A DNA stretch of 64,000 bases from Scyliorhinus canicula (lineage: Eukaryota). Below are positions 24,021-37,112 of the stretch, in pieces (position 1 is the first letter of the stretch; every line of letters begins with the position of its first letter). The DNA lies in assembly GCF_902713615.1 (NCBI RefSeq), contig NC_052146.1, positions 53,498,388 through 53,562,387 on the forward strand, written 5' to 3'. The position numbers were made by a program, and so were the translations under genes. The notes beneath the pieces are model-generated. The model did not search any database and was not told where the DNA came from. It worked only from the letters and a program-made list of their open reading frames with translations.

Positions 24021-26041
24021 TGCTGCGAGCTGGCTGGTGTTGGCTGAGTAAGTGCAGCTAAAGTGCAGCTCGGCGTTGTTAGCAGGGGGCTGGCGAGCAC
24101 AGTCCCGGCGAATCGACTGGCAAGCCGGCATCGGGGCGAGAAGCCTGTGAATCCTTGTCAAGTGGACCAATTAACGTTGAACAATGTAGCCGACCTCGCT
24201 GGGCCAAGCGCCGGGAAACCCGGGACAATTCTCGTTCACTCGCAAACTTGGAAATTTTTCCGGAATATCACACCCTTTTACATCAGTCCACTGAATTGCG
24301 CCCTTAGATTAATGTCTGGAATCAGATTTTCAACCTCTGTATCCTATTAAGAGCAACAAGATCCTTAAGTGCTGGGACTGGTTCGCTGCTCTAGCTGAAG
24401 TCCCCTCATGTAACCTCAAAATTACAGTTTTTGATACTAGTATATAAATACTTAACTTTCTATAAATAAATGAGTCAATGCATCTGTTAAATAAGAGTAA
24501 TTTCCAGCAAACATGTTACACATCCTTGCACTAATGTCACAAACTGTAATTTCTTGCTTGGGAAGTATGTGTGTGGGAAATAAAGAACAGAAGATAAAGG
24601 AGAAAAGTAATTTGTAAAGGAGATTTTCTGCTTCAGTCCTCCCATGAGGAACTGTGCTTGCCAGGAGTGTTTATTTGGATTAATTTCAAGGCCTTGGGGT
24701 TGGCGTGCAGTTTCCCAACACTCTCTCTTTGTGAGTGCAGTTCCAGTAGCAGTGAAGTTGAAAAATCCCCCTTTGTATAAAAGGAAGGACGAAGAGAACC
24801 AACAGAGATGAACATGTTTGGGATTTTCTGCAGCCCCCATCCACGGGGTGCTTTGCAGCGGGGGGATGTAGCCCACTATTGTGCGGCTGTGGCATCTTCT
24901 GAACCTGTCGCTGTCAACAGTGTTTCCCGTTGTTTGCACCCTCTGTCATTGGGTAACCATCATTGGCAATGGGGCCAGAAGATCTCATCGGTGGAACTGG
25001 CCGGGAAATCTCGCCCATTGACTCTGATGATCCAATCGAGATGCTCAATACAAGGACTGGTCTTTACTAATACATTGAAAAGACAAACATTTATTTGTTT
25101 CCTGGCGGTATTCAAATACACAACGACAGACATGATATGAAAGTGGTCGATGACTGCAACCACATTTTAAAGTATTACCAAGCAATCACGAGTTATTGTC
25201 ACCTTATGATATTGCAAGATGCCTTCGACAGAAGCTTCAACATCACAAGCAAAAAATGGCAAATTGTCCCAATTTCTCCCTCCAATTTACTATTAGTGAT
25301 ATACAATTAACTAAAATGGAATTAAAGTGGAAAAGATTAGATAACCGGGTTAATGTTTTTACAGTATCTAAATCAGCTGGTATCAATCATAACTGCCTTA
25401 TTCTATATAATTACTTGGAGATAGTCATCAAATTTACACATAATCCCAAATTGAAACATGCTTCTGGCTCCAAATGTAACACAGAAATTCTGCACCGGGG
25501 ATCTTACAAATTTATCCTGAAACTGCAATATTTTCAGAGCTCAATGGTATTCTCAACTGAGTGTCCAAGTTTTAGGAATAAAAAGACGGAATATTCCTTC
25601 ACTAATTCTGAGCAAGGGAAATGGCTGTCCATTCCTTTGTCAGTAATTAAGCTAGGTAAAATTAATAGCACAGTGCAGGTTAATATAGTCTTTTATGTTG
25701 AACACAATTCAACCTGCCTTGGATTTTTAAAAATCGTGCACCTGACCAAACAATGGCTCGTGATAGTTGACTAGCTGTTGACTAATCCATGAGAATAAAT
25801 TCCTATCTTCTTGCCTTCACACCAGGAAGTATTAATAGCTGATGTTATTTTGGTTATTAAGAACCAGCTGGTACCATTCTAATTGAAGGAATATATTGGC
25901 AACACAAACATTTTTATCCGTATTTCTGGCATATTCTTCAATTTTCAATGGGCAAAGCGAGAAGTACAGATTATAGTGCATTGTGGCAGTTTTGCATTAA
26001 CTTTCCACAAAAACAGCAATTGTTTAAAGAAAGATAAATTT

Positions 26042-26370
26042 AGGGTAGCACGGTAGCATAGCGGTTAGCACAGTTGCTTCACAGCTCCAGGGACCCAGGT
26101 TCGATTCCCGGCATGGGTCACTGTCTGTGCGGAGTCCGCACGTTCTCCCCGTGTGTGCGTGGGTTTCCTCCGTGTGCTCCAGTTTCCTCCCACAGACCAA
26201 AGATGAGTAGGTCAGGTGGATTGGCCATCAGTAAAAGCCCGTAGTGTCCAAAAAGGTTAAGTGGGGTTACGGGAATGGAGTGGAGGGGTGGGCTTAAGTG
26301 GGGTGCTTTTTCCAAGGCCTGTGCAGACTCGATAGGTCGAATGGCCTCCCTCTGCACTGTAAATTCTATG
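26042..26370 (+). mobile_element. HE1-like V-SINE (CR1-type tail)
   Basis: tRNA head, V-core, CTGCACTGTAAATTCTATG end. Confidence 0.92.
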
Positions 26371-26775
26371 AAATGTCCCAATTGCTCACCTATCTCTTTG
26401 TGACGTACAAAGAGCTGATGTGCTGCCCTGCTACTGTGTATCACTTTACAGAAAAATGCTTTTGATTGCACGGCTTCACTTATTTTCAGCCATATTGAGG
26501 TTTGGGCTTAGGAAGCCTTTTCTTCAGATACATTACAGGCTTTGCAATGTAACATGGGGAACTGGAGCCTCTGCTGATTCCAGACTGCCTGTTCATTTTG
26601 ACTGGAATATCGGAATGCATTAATGTTGTCCTCCTATTGCTCCTGATTTTTATACTATTTTGGAAATGCTTGCTGCCCATTCTGTTATGTCCATTGTAAT
26701 ATCTTCTTAATAGTCCAACGTTAGTAAAGTCTCTAAATTAAAAATCATTATGCAGTACACTGGGTTTGAAAACCT

Positions 26776-27115
26776 ACAACGGTAGCATTGCGGTTAGCAC
26801 AATTGCTTCACAGCGCCAGGGTCCCAAGTTCGATTCCCGGCTTGGGTCACTGTCTGTGCGGAGTCTGCACCTTCTCCCCGTGCCTGTGTGGGTTTCTTCC
26901 GGGTGCTCCGGTTTCCTCCCACAGTCCAAAGATATGCAGGTTAGGTGGATTGGCCATGCTAAATTGCCCTCAGTGTTCAAAAAAGGTAAGGTGGAGTTAT
27001 GAGGATAGGGTGGAAGTGTGGGGATAGGGTGGAGGTGTGGGCTTAGGTAGGGTGCTCTGACAAACGGCAGACTCGATGGGCCGAATGGCCTCCTTCTGCA
27101 CTGTAAATTCTGTGA
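26776..27115 (+). mobile_element. HE1-like V-SINE (CR1-type tail)
   Basis: Similar to the 26042-26370 copy. Confidence 0.92.
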
Positions 27116-27688
27116 AACCATGAAGGCAACTCATCACCACCTACTGAAGGGGAACAAGCGATAGGCATTAAATGCTGGCCTAATCAGCGATGCCCACATC
27201 TCGTAAATTACTTTTTTTTTAAATCAGGAAGATTGAATAAAGGTCTATATGGCCCCTTCAGATCTGGTGGCCTGTGGAAACCTCTCCACCCCACCCAACG
27301 CCACCCCACCCCACAGCCCTGTCCCCGAAGATCCCGATTGCCACCCCACCCCATCCCCACCCCTGCCCATCTTGGGTCCCATTAAACTTACCTTGGCCTC
27401 TGATGTCTGTCCTTAGACTCAGGTGTTCTCATGCACTTTTCTTCAGTCCACTGCATCTCTTGTCCTGATGGGGAAGACATCGGGAATGTATTCCCCACTG
27501 ACTCTTTGGATGGCATGCAGTGATACCCGGTCATGTGAAAAATCCAGCCCATGGTACCTGATTTACGGATGCTTTGATGAAATAACTCTTATATTGACTA
27601 CTGCCTATTGTCAGGTTTTACTCTACTGTTGAAAGATAACTGTCAATGTCCTGGATTTTTCATTTGGACTCATTTTTTGCCTATCCTA

Positions 27689-28391
27689 ATGGGTTGAGAA
27701 ATTAATTCATACTGCTGACTGATCTCTCAGCTGTCATGCATAGGCCCAAAACACATCTTGGGCCTTGTTTAGCCCATGGAGGCCTTTAATTCCAGGCCAC
27801 TGTGTGACTGTATACTGTATCAGGAGACAGTGAGAATCTGATCAGGAGAGGTGGATGAGGGTCAGGCAAGGGAGGGTTTAATCAGAAGAGGGCAATAGGT
27901 AAATCGGGCCAGTTGGGAGAGGAGGAGGCTTTTGGATGGGGGTAAAGCAGCCAATGACGGAATGGAAATATGGCAATTGGCCTTGATCCTGGTCAATATT
28001 CTAGTTTCTAGCTTTTTCCACCCATTCCCACACTGAGGGAAGCCAAACTAAGATTTATAGAAAAAGCTAGAAACTATTGGCCATGCTCAAGGCCAATTGT
28101 CATATTGCCATTCTGCCATTGGCTGCTTCACCCCATCCAAAAGGCACTTCCTCTCCCAACTGGCCTGATTTACCTATCGCCGTCTTCTGATTAAACCCTT
28201 GATTGCCTGATCTCCATCCACCTCTCCTTATCACATTCTCACTATCCCCTGATACATGAGGGTCACTTTTGGTCATACATTGGTGCGGAACTAAAGGCCT
28301 CCATGGGCTAAACGAGGCCCACATTATGTTTTGGGCCTACGCGTGACAGCTGAGAGATCAGTCATCGGTATGAACTGATTTCTCAACCCAT
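27689..28391. repeat. ~700-bp foldback inverted repeat (probable MITE)
   Basis: 27689-28018 is the approximate reverse complement of 28060-28391; ~41-bp spacer; ends ATGGGTTGAGAAAT / ATTTCTCAACCCAT. Confidence 0.92.
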
Positions 28392-28619
28392 GATTCCCGA
28401 GGAAAGCTGTGATGAAGCTTTTGCAGCTAGATCAGAAACTTTCCAGTTGCCAACTGTGACTAAACCTGTCCCTGGAAGTTTAGTCACATCACTCATCAGC
28501 CATAACATCCACGCTTGTGACACACTGCCTTCATAAAACATAGAACCTTACAGCGCAGTACGGGCCCTTCGGCCCTCGATGTTGCGCCGACCTGTGAAAC
28601 CATCTGAAGCCTATCTGAC

Positions 28620-31480
28620 CTACACTATTCCATTTTCATCCATATGTCTATCCAGTGACCACTTAAATGCCCTTAAAGTTGGCGAGTCTACTACTGTTGC
28701 AGGCAGGGCGTTCCACACCCCGACTACTCTCTGAGTAAAGAAACTGCCTCTGACATCTGTCCTATATCCACCACCCCTCAAGTTAAAGCTATGTCCCCTC
28801 GTGTTGGTCATCACCATCCGAGGAAAGAGACTCTCACTGTCCACCCTATCTAACCCTCTGACTATCTTATATGTCTCTATTAAGTCACCTCTCAGCCTTC
28901 TCCTCTCTAACGAAAACACCTCAAGTCCCAGAGCCTTTCCTCATAAGACCTTCCCTCCATACCAGGCAACATCCTAGTAAATCTCCTCTGAACACTTTCC
29001 AAAGCTTCCACATCCTTCCTATAATGTGGTGACCAGAACTGCACGCAGTACTCCAGGAGCGGCCGCACCAGAGTTATGTACAGCTGCAGCATGACCTTGT
29101 GGCTCCGAAACTCAATCCCCCTACTGATGAAGGCTAGCACACCATATGCCTTCTTAACAGCCCTATTAACCTGGGTGGCAACTTTCAGGGATTTATGTAC
29201 CTGGATGCCGAGATCTCTCTGTTCATCTACACTACCAAGAATCTTGCCATTAGCCCAGTACTCTGCATTCCTGTTACTCCTTCCAAAGTGAATCACCTCA
29301 CACTTTTCCGCATTAAACTCCATCTGCCACCTCACAGCCCAGCTCTGCAGCTTATCTATGTCCCTCTGTATCCTATAACATCGTTCAGCACTATCCACAA
29401 CTCCACCGACCTTCGTGTCATCAGCAAATTTACTAACCCATCCTTCTACACCCTCTTCCAGGTCATTTATAAAAATGACAAACAGCAGTGGCCCCAAAAC
29501 AGATCCTTGCGGTACACCACTAGTAACTGAACTCTAGGATGAACATTTGCCATCAACCACCACCCTCTGTCTTCTTTCAGCTAGCCAATTACTGATCCAA
29601 ACCGCTAAATCACCTTCAATCCCATACTTCCTTATTTTCTGCAATAGCCTACCGTGGGGAACCTTATCAAACGCCTTACTGAAATCCATATACACCACAT
29701 CAACCGCTTTACCCTCATCCACCTATTTGATCACCTTCTCAAAAAACTCAATAAGGTTTGTGACGCATAACCTACCCTTCACAAAACCGTGTTGAGTATT
29801 GCTAATCAACTTGTTCTTTTCAAGATGATTATAAACCCTATCTCTTATCACCTTTTCCAACATTTTACCCACAACCGAAGTAAGGCTCACAGGTCTATAA
29901 TTACCAGGGTTGTTTCTACTCCCCTTCTTGAACAAGGGGACAACATTTGATATCCTCCAGTCTTCCGGCACTATTCCTGTCGACAAAGACGACATAAAGA
30001 TCAAGGACAAAGGCTCTGCAATCTCCTCCCTGGCTTCCCAGAGAATCCTTGGGTAAATCCCATCCGGCCCAGGGGACTTATCTATTTTTACACTTTCCAA
30101 AATTGCTAACACCTCCTCCTTGTGAACCTCAATTCCATCTAGCCTGGTCGACTGAGTATTCTCCTCGACAACATTGTCTTTCTCCAGTGTAAACACTGAT
30201 GAAAAATATCCATTTAATGCTTCCCCTATCTCCTTTGATTTCACACACAACTTTCCACTACTATCCGTGATTGGCCCTAATCTTACTCTAGTCATTCTTT
30301 TGTTCCTGATATACCTATAGAAAGCCTTAGGGTTTTCCTTGATCCTATCCGCCAATGACTTTTCGTGTCCTCTCCTCGCTCTTCTTAACTCTCCCTTTAG
30401 GTCCTTCCTGGCTAACTTGTAACTCTCAAGTGCCCTAACTGAGCCTTCATGTCTCATCCTAACATAAGCCTTCTTCTTCCTCTTGACAAGTGCTTCAACT
30501 TCCTTAGTAACCCACGGTTCCCTTGCTCGACAACTTCCTCCCTGCCTGACAGGTACATACTTATCAAGAACACGCAGTAGCTCTTCCTTGAAAAAGCTCC
30601 ACATTTCGATTGTACCCATCCCCTGCAGTTTCCTTCCCCATCCTATACATCCTAAATCTTGCCGACTAGCATCATAATTGCCTTTCCCCCAGCTATAATT
30701 CTTGCCTTGCGGTATATACCTATCCCTGCCCATTGCTAAAGTAAACATAACCGAATTGTGATCACTATCACCAAAGTGCTCACCTACATCTAAATCTGAC
30801 ACCTGGCCGGGTTCATTACCCAGTACCAAATCCAATGTGGCCTCGCCCCTTGTTGGCCTGTCTACATACTGTGTCAGAAAACCCTCCTGCACACACTGCA
30901 CAAAAACTGACCCATCTATAGTATTCGAACTATAGCATTTCCAGTCAATATTTGGAAAGTTAAAGTCCCCCATAACAACTACCCTGTTACTCTCGCTCCT
31001 GTCGAGAATCATCTTTGCAATCTTTTCCTCCACATCTCTGGAACTATTCGGAGGTCTATAGACAACTCCCAACAGGGTGACCTCTCCTCTCCTGTTCCTA
31101 ACCTTGGCCCATACTACCTCAGTAGACGAGTCCTCAAACGTCCTTTCAACCGCCGTAATACTTTCCTTGATTAACAATGCCACACCCCCCCCCCCCCTCT
31201 TTTACCATCTTCCCTGTTCTTACAGAAACATCTAAATCCTGGAACCTGCAACAACCATTCCTGTCCCTGCTCTACCCATGTCTCCGAAATCGGCACAACA
31301 TCGAGATCCCAGGTACCAACCCATGCTGCAAGCTCACCCACCTTATTCCGGATGCTCCTAGCGTTGAAGTAGACACACTTCAAACTAGCGTCTTGCTTGC
31401 CGGTGCCCTCTTTCGAACTTTTAACCCTATCCGTGACCTCACTACTCTCAACATCCTGTACACTGGGACTACAATTTAGG
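28620..31480 (-). pseudogene. CR1 ORF2 (APE endonuclease + reverse transcriptase), disrupted
   Basis: YFNARSI, GDFNFP, SDHN, KSPGPDG, QHGFVKG, DFSKAFDKV, FADD. Frameshifts at ~31185 and ~28915; premature stops at ~29723 and ~29534. Confidence 0.95.
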
Positions 31481-31499
31481 TTCCCAACCCCCTGCTGAA

Positions 31500-32431
31500 T
31501 TAGTTTAAACCCCCCCGAAGAGCACTAGCAGATCTCCCCCCCAGGATATTGGTACCCCTCTGGTTCAGGTGAAGACCATCCTGTTTGTAGAGGTCCCACC
31601 TACCCCAGAATGAGCCCCAATTATCCAGGAAACCAAAACCCTCCCTTCTGCACCATCCCTGTAGCCACGTGTTCAACTCCTCTCTCTCCTTATTTCTCAC
31701 TTCGCTAGCACGTGGCACGGGTAACAACCCAGAGATAACAACTCTGTTTATTCTAGCTCTCAGCTTCCACCCTAGCTCCCTGAATTTCTGTCTCAAATCC
31801 CCATCTCTCTTCCTACCTATGTCGTTGGTACCTATGTGAACCACGACTTGGGGCTGCTCCCCCTCCCCCTTAAGGATCACAAAAACACGATCAGAGACAT
31901 CACGAACCCTGGCACCTGGCAACAAACCAACCGTGAGTCTCTTGCGTTCCCACAGAACCTCCTGTCTGTTCCTCTAACTATGGAGTCCCCAATGACAAGT
32001 GCTCTGTTCCTCTTCTCCCTTTCCTTCTGAGCAACAGGGACAGACTCTGTGCCAGAGATCTGTGCCCCATTGCTTACCCCTGGTACGTCGTCCCCTGCAA
32101 CAATATCCAAAACGGTATACTTGTTATAGAGGGGAACGACCACAGAGGATCCCTGCACTGCCTGCCGGTTCCCTCTCCCTCCCCTGACGGTAACCCATCC
32201 ACCTTCTTCTTTTACCTGAGGTGTGACTACCTCCATATAACTCCTCTCAATAACCCCCTCCGCCTCCCGAATGATCCAAAGTTCATCCTGCTCCAGCTCC
32301 AGGTGCCTAACGCGGTTCTCGAGGAGCTGGAGTTGGGTGCACTTCCCGCAGATGTAGTCAGCAGGGACACTCGAGGTGACCCTTTCCTCCCACATTTTGC
32401 AGGAGGAACATTCAACTGCCCTAGCCTCCAT
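31500..32431 (-). pseudogene. CR1 ORF1 (zinc finger/coiled coil + SGNH esterase), one frameshift at ~31922
   Basis: MEARAVECSSCKMW..YICGKC; IGDSIVRG; LPGARV; HIGTND; DGLHLN. Confidence 0.95.
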
Positions 32432-32621
32432 TCCCACTGAACTAACTTCCCAACTACTGAAAACTAAAAAAAACAAAAAGAACAAAAAAAAACTTGTTAG
32501 TTTAGCAATCCGACGGACAGAACTTTTTTTTTGGTTCGAGGAGGAGGATGGGTGGGAGACACTACGTAAGTAGTGTTTCGGGTAAAGCTGTCAGTCGAGA
32601 ACAGCCCCTTCACAAACCACC

Positions 32622-32835
32622 TTCAACTTACGCTGACCGTACTGCACGTATGCAAATCTCCCCGGAACAGCCAATCAGAAGCTCTGCTCTGCTGCCCTCT
32701 GCTGGATGCTTGCCTTCACTCGAACTTCTCGGGTCACTTGCGCAGGTACACGTTCAACTTACGCTGACCGCACTGCACGTATGCAAATCTCCCCGGAACA
32801 GCCAATCAGAAGCTCTGCTCTGCTGCCCTCTGCTG
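32622..32835 (-). promoter_or_regulatory. Tandem 131-bp monomers (~1.6 copies) in the CR1 5' UTR; putative internal promoter
   Basis: Copies start at 32622 and 32753; each contains the octamer ATGCAAAT and a CAGCCAATCAG CCAAT box. Confidence 0.7.
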
Positions 32836-33755
32836 CCCTCTTCCTCCACCAATTGGAAAGCAAAAAGACTCATTACCCAATTGGATGATACTTGACTGTT
32901 AGCTAAACAGCCTTTGTGGTCCCCTCCCCTTTCCCCCTTCTCTGGGAGTGCTGTGTCTGAGAAATTGATCTTCAATTCCTAGAGACGCCAGGCCAATCCT
33001 GCAGAGTTGGCAACCTTATTCCAGCAAAGCCAGTGTTCATCATGATGACAGCTGTCTTGAATTTGCTTTGTCACAGGGGTCTTTTAGACAGCGACTGGAA
33101 ATAAATGTCAAATCTCCAAACTTAAAATGAACCAGTGCGTTATGTAGGTAACTGATACCTTTGCTTGGGGAGTGCCTTGATTAACAACAAGCAGGAGCAC
33201 AAGAGATCCCTGCACTTTTACTAGCTGTTCTCCAAAGTGTGGGACATTATTGATGTCACTCAGAGGCCATATGGATCTATACTACCACCATGGCCCTCTT
33301 TAAAAACAGAGAGGCATGTATTTCATCAATCTGTAGCTGGTGTGTGATCACAGGAGTACAGTTGTATACGTTATTGCTTGCTGCTCTGGGAACGCTTCTA
33401 GTTCATACATTTTGTGTCATTATCTGGTGCCACCATCATTTGGTGGGTCATAACGATTACAGACCTCGTTGTTAGGGGACAGAAACTGTAAATTGCTACC
33501 CTTGCTAATGACATCTTTTGAAATACTGACTTATAATGACTAGTGAAGGCGCTTCTTTGCTCGTGTCTTGGAAAATTACAGAATCTGAAGAGAAAACTAG
33601 AAACTAAAACCTCAGCTGGTCGAGAAGAGGCCTCAGAGACAACAGAGGCCAGCAAATTGCGCACCTTTTAATTGTCACTGCCATCCTCTACAGCAAATGG
33701 AACAGAGATTGATATGCCCAGGTGGGACGTGTGAACACACACTATTTTCATTTTG

Positions 33756-34292
33756 GGACTATGTCCCCATTCCGTTGTGAAAACTGGTCTTCTATGCCAG
33801 GAAAACTGGCATCAAAAGGCCACAGATTCACCGTCTTGCAGGGGGCTAGCAGGCAGCTGTTGCTTGCGCACGGTGGCAGCCTCCAGCGGCCGCGCCGTAC
33901 TCCATGGCGGACTCAGCCCGCAGACCTGGACCGCAGAAATAGTGTCCCACATCAGCCGCTCGCCCGACCCGGATCGTCCGCACACATAGCCCCCAGTCCC
34001 ACATGAAGCACCCCCTGCCCTCCGATCGACCCTCCCCCGACTGTGGCGGCCTCGGACTGAGTCCGCAGCTGCCATGCAAGGACCATATTCGAACCAGGCC
34101 GTCGGGAATTCAGCCAGTCGGGGACGGAGAATAGCGGGCGGGCCTCAGGCCATTGTCTGAGTACGCCGCTTTTCGGGGGGGGGGGGGGGGGAATAGCAGA
34201 ACTGATGCCAGTCCCGATTTCGTGCAGGAAAACAGATTCTTCGCCCCGTCGCCGAACACGATTTTGGCGTCGGGGTGTGGAGAATCCAGCCC
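33756..34292. mobile_element. PIF/Harbinger-type MITE, left end missing
   Basis: Right TIR GGAGAATCCAGCCC; internal GCGGACTCAG/CCACAGTCGGGG blocks are the inverse of those in 7794-8417. Confidence 0.8.
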
Positions 34293-36034
34293 ATGTTCTT
34301 ATGAGATGGAGCATTGCAGATGAAGAATGTGTTCTGGTTACTCTTTCTCAATGCTCAAATTGACTAAGAGTCTGTACTGCTGCCGTATACCCTTCGTCAC
34401 CGGGAAACCCGAGGCGGGGGTGCACCATCGGTGGGACGGTATATCCAACCGGCATGAACAGCCCGTAAACTCCGCCACATATATGTTTAAATATCATACT
34501 TTGTTTTCTAATACTCATGTGAAGCACCTTGTATGTTTCATTACATTAAAGGCGCTACATACGCCCTGTGGCGCTGGCGAGATCTTCCGGTCACGCCAAA
34601 GTCTATGGTGCTTGCTTGGTTCACCCGTCCCGCAGTGGAGGTTGACCCGGAAAATCCCGGCAGCAGGAATGGCCGGGAAATCCTGTCTATAGATGCTATT
34701 GTTGCCACCCCCTTCCACCCCCACCCCGCCTTCAATATGCATTGTGGAAAACCCCTTTGTCTCAGCATGTGCCAGGAATGTTATCAATGTATTTAAATGG
34801 GATAAGAGGTTCCTTATAGCACAAGGTCAGCTCAGTGTGTGACAAGTGCACACAGTGCCGAGACTGTAATGCCCCTGCAGAGCAGACACTGTGGTGGAGA
34901 ATGCATTGTCAGCTCCTATATAATCAGCCACTCGAATTCTTAAAGTCGAAGTTAAATCCACTTTGCACTGAATGTACTGAATTCTTCATGCAGCGTTTCT
35001 TGAATCTTACATAATTTAAATTATAATTGAGATGCACATATGCTAAGTCCTCAAGATCTAAATGATTGACGACGGTGCCAGAAGACTGAACTGGTCCAAC
35101 ATTTTGATCATTCAGAATTCAGCTGGGTGGAACAGAACGGCCTTGTAAGCTGATTCTTAAACCTGTTCATTCTGGTAGGGGAAAAACTGAGTTAAAATGC
35201 CAAGTCTCAGGTCTAATATGTGTGTACATATCTTTACTTAAACTAAACAATTCCCAAAACATTAACATGTATAATATATCTTGTTCAGTGATGTTCCATT
35301 TTGCTATTTGAATTGCATTTCCTTCATAAAATAAGCTGACCATGAAAAACAAATGATAACAAATTCTTCAAATTAGATCACTGGGTGAAGGTCATTGCAG
35401 TGCTGTCCTCCATTTAGTTCTGTCTCCAAAGCATCTGCAGCTGCCTCTCCGGCAACATCCAGGTCCTGACAATTACTGCGTGCACAATGCAGAATCTGGG
35501 GCATACTACTGAGTCCTATAATTCTCCATCTAACCCACCCTCAGTATTTTGCAAATTAAAAGAAGGAACCTTAGAACTCCAATGTCACTGCTCGAATTAT
35601 AATAGTTTTTTCATTAGCTCACGTTCACGGAATGATTACTGGCAAGACCAGCACTTACTTAAATGAGGTTACTGGGGCTCAGCACACAGACGGTCATGAG
35701 GGTCAAACAGTGCATGAAAATTTGGGAGGGTTGGTTTTGGAGTAGAAAAGTAGGAAATTGCATTTGCTCCTTTTTTCAGTTTCAGAAATTATTTGCCACT
35801 AATTAAAAGCTGAATTTACATCTAGAGCAGCTTAGAAATTCTAGGCAAAGAAAACTTACGTTTGAAATTCACAGAATTTAATCATGTAAAAAGGCCACTC
35901 AGCCCATCGCACTTAGCTTATCCCGCTGCAAGGCTGGATTGTTTCATTTTAAAATTTTGCTTTATTGTTACACTTTATTGATTTTGGAATCAAACTAATT
36001 TCCTTTCAATCACTTTAGCTGAGCTAGTTTTAAC

Positions 36035-36641
36035 TAGCGTTTATTAACAGGGGGTGCTTGAGTTTAAGAGCCGCAGGGTTATGCTGCAACTATACATGAT
36101 CCTGGTGTGACCACATTTGGAGTATTGTGTGCAGTTCTGGTCACCTCACTATAGGAAGGATGTGGAAGCATTGGAAAGGGTGCAAAGGAGATTTACCAGG
36201 ATGCTGCCTGGTTGGCAGGATGTGTCTTATGAGGAAAGGTTGAGGGAGCTAGGGCTTTTCTCTTTGGAGCGGAGGAGGATGAGAGGCGACTTAATAGAGG
36301 TTTATAAGATGATGAGGGGGATAGATGGAGTGAACGTTCAGAGACCATTTCCTCGGGTGGATGTAGCTGTTACAAGGGAGCATAACTATAAGATTCAGGC
36401 TGGGAGATATAGGAGGGATATCAGAGGTAGGTTCTTTACTCAGAGAGTGGTTAGCCTGTGGAATGGACTGCCTGCTGTGATAGTGGAGTCGGACACTTTA
36501 GGAACTTTCAAGCGGTTATTGGATAGGCACATGGAGCACACCACAATGACAGGGAGTGGGATAGCTTGATCTTGGTTTCGGACAATGCTCGGCACAACAT
36601 CGAGGGCCGAAGGGCCTGTTCTGTGCTGTACTGTTCTATGT
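36035..36641 (+). mobile_element. 5'-truncated CR1 LINE
   Basis: EYCVQFWSPHYRKDVEALERVQRRFTRMLPG...; 3' tail shared with the V-SINEs. Confidence 0.95.
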
Positions 36642-37112
36642 GAATTATCTCTAATTCAAGAACTGTAAAATTGATGAATTTGGGGATAATTTTCAGTTTG
36701 CGTTCTGGTAGATAACTGCTGGTTACGGATCTGTCATTTGTTTTACACCCTGCCTGATTTTGATTGTATTGTGCTCAGTCGAAAGGGGTGAATGATAACT
36801 GAGCATTTTCCAAATTCTTTGAATTGAAGATTACCCTGTTATTCCTTAAAATATATTTTGGTTATCTTCTTCAGAATATCGTAATGTTCCCTGAATTTCT
36901 TCACAACTTTGCATATTCCAACATCAGTGTAACTGATTAACCTCATAGTTCCAAAACCTTAAGTCATATCTCTCCTTGAGTTTACTTCTCTGATAATAGA
37001 TTTATCTTACTTTGTCTCTCTTCCAGGCACAGTAATCCAAAACCTAAATAGTTTTGGTGTCCTCTCTGAATACTTTCTACTGCCGGATAACTTTTCATAA
37101 GTGAAACAGAAG

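Larger units (their letters stand above)
21840..24303. mobile_element. Degraded two-gene PIF/Harbinger transposon (convergent transposase and Myb/SANT genes)
   Basis: HARBI1-like ORF on plus, Myb-like gene on minus; right end GAATTGCGCCC resembles the MITE TIRs; left TIR not found. Confidence 0.85.
28532..32840 (-). mobile_element. Near full-length young CR1 LINE
   Basis: 5' UTR, ORF1, ORF2 (APE + RT) and (GTTCTAT)n-type tail all present. Confidence 0.97.

Noticed and set aside
25196-25774. 192-aa ORF in unique AT-rich DNA
   Set aside because: Non-ATG start, no recognisable motif and no supporting splice structure; consistent with chance.
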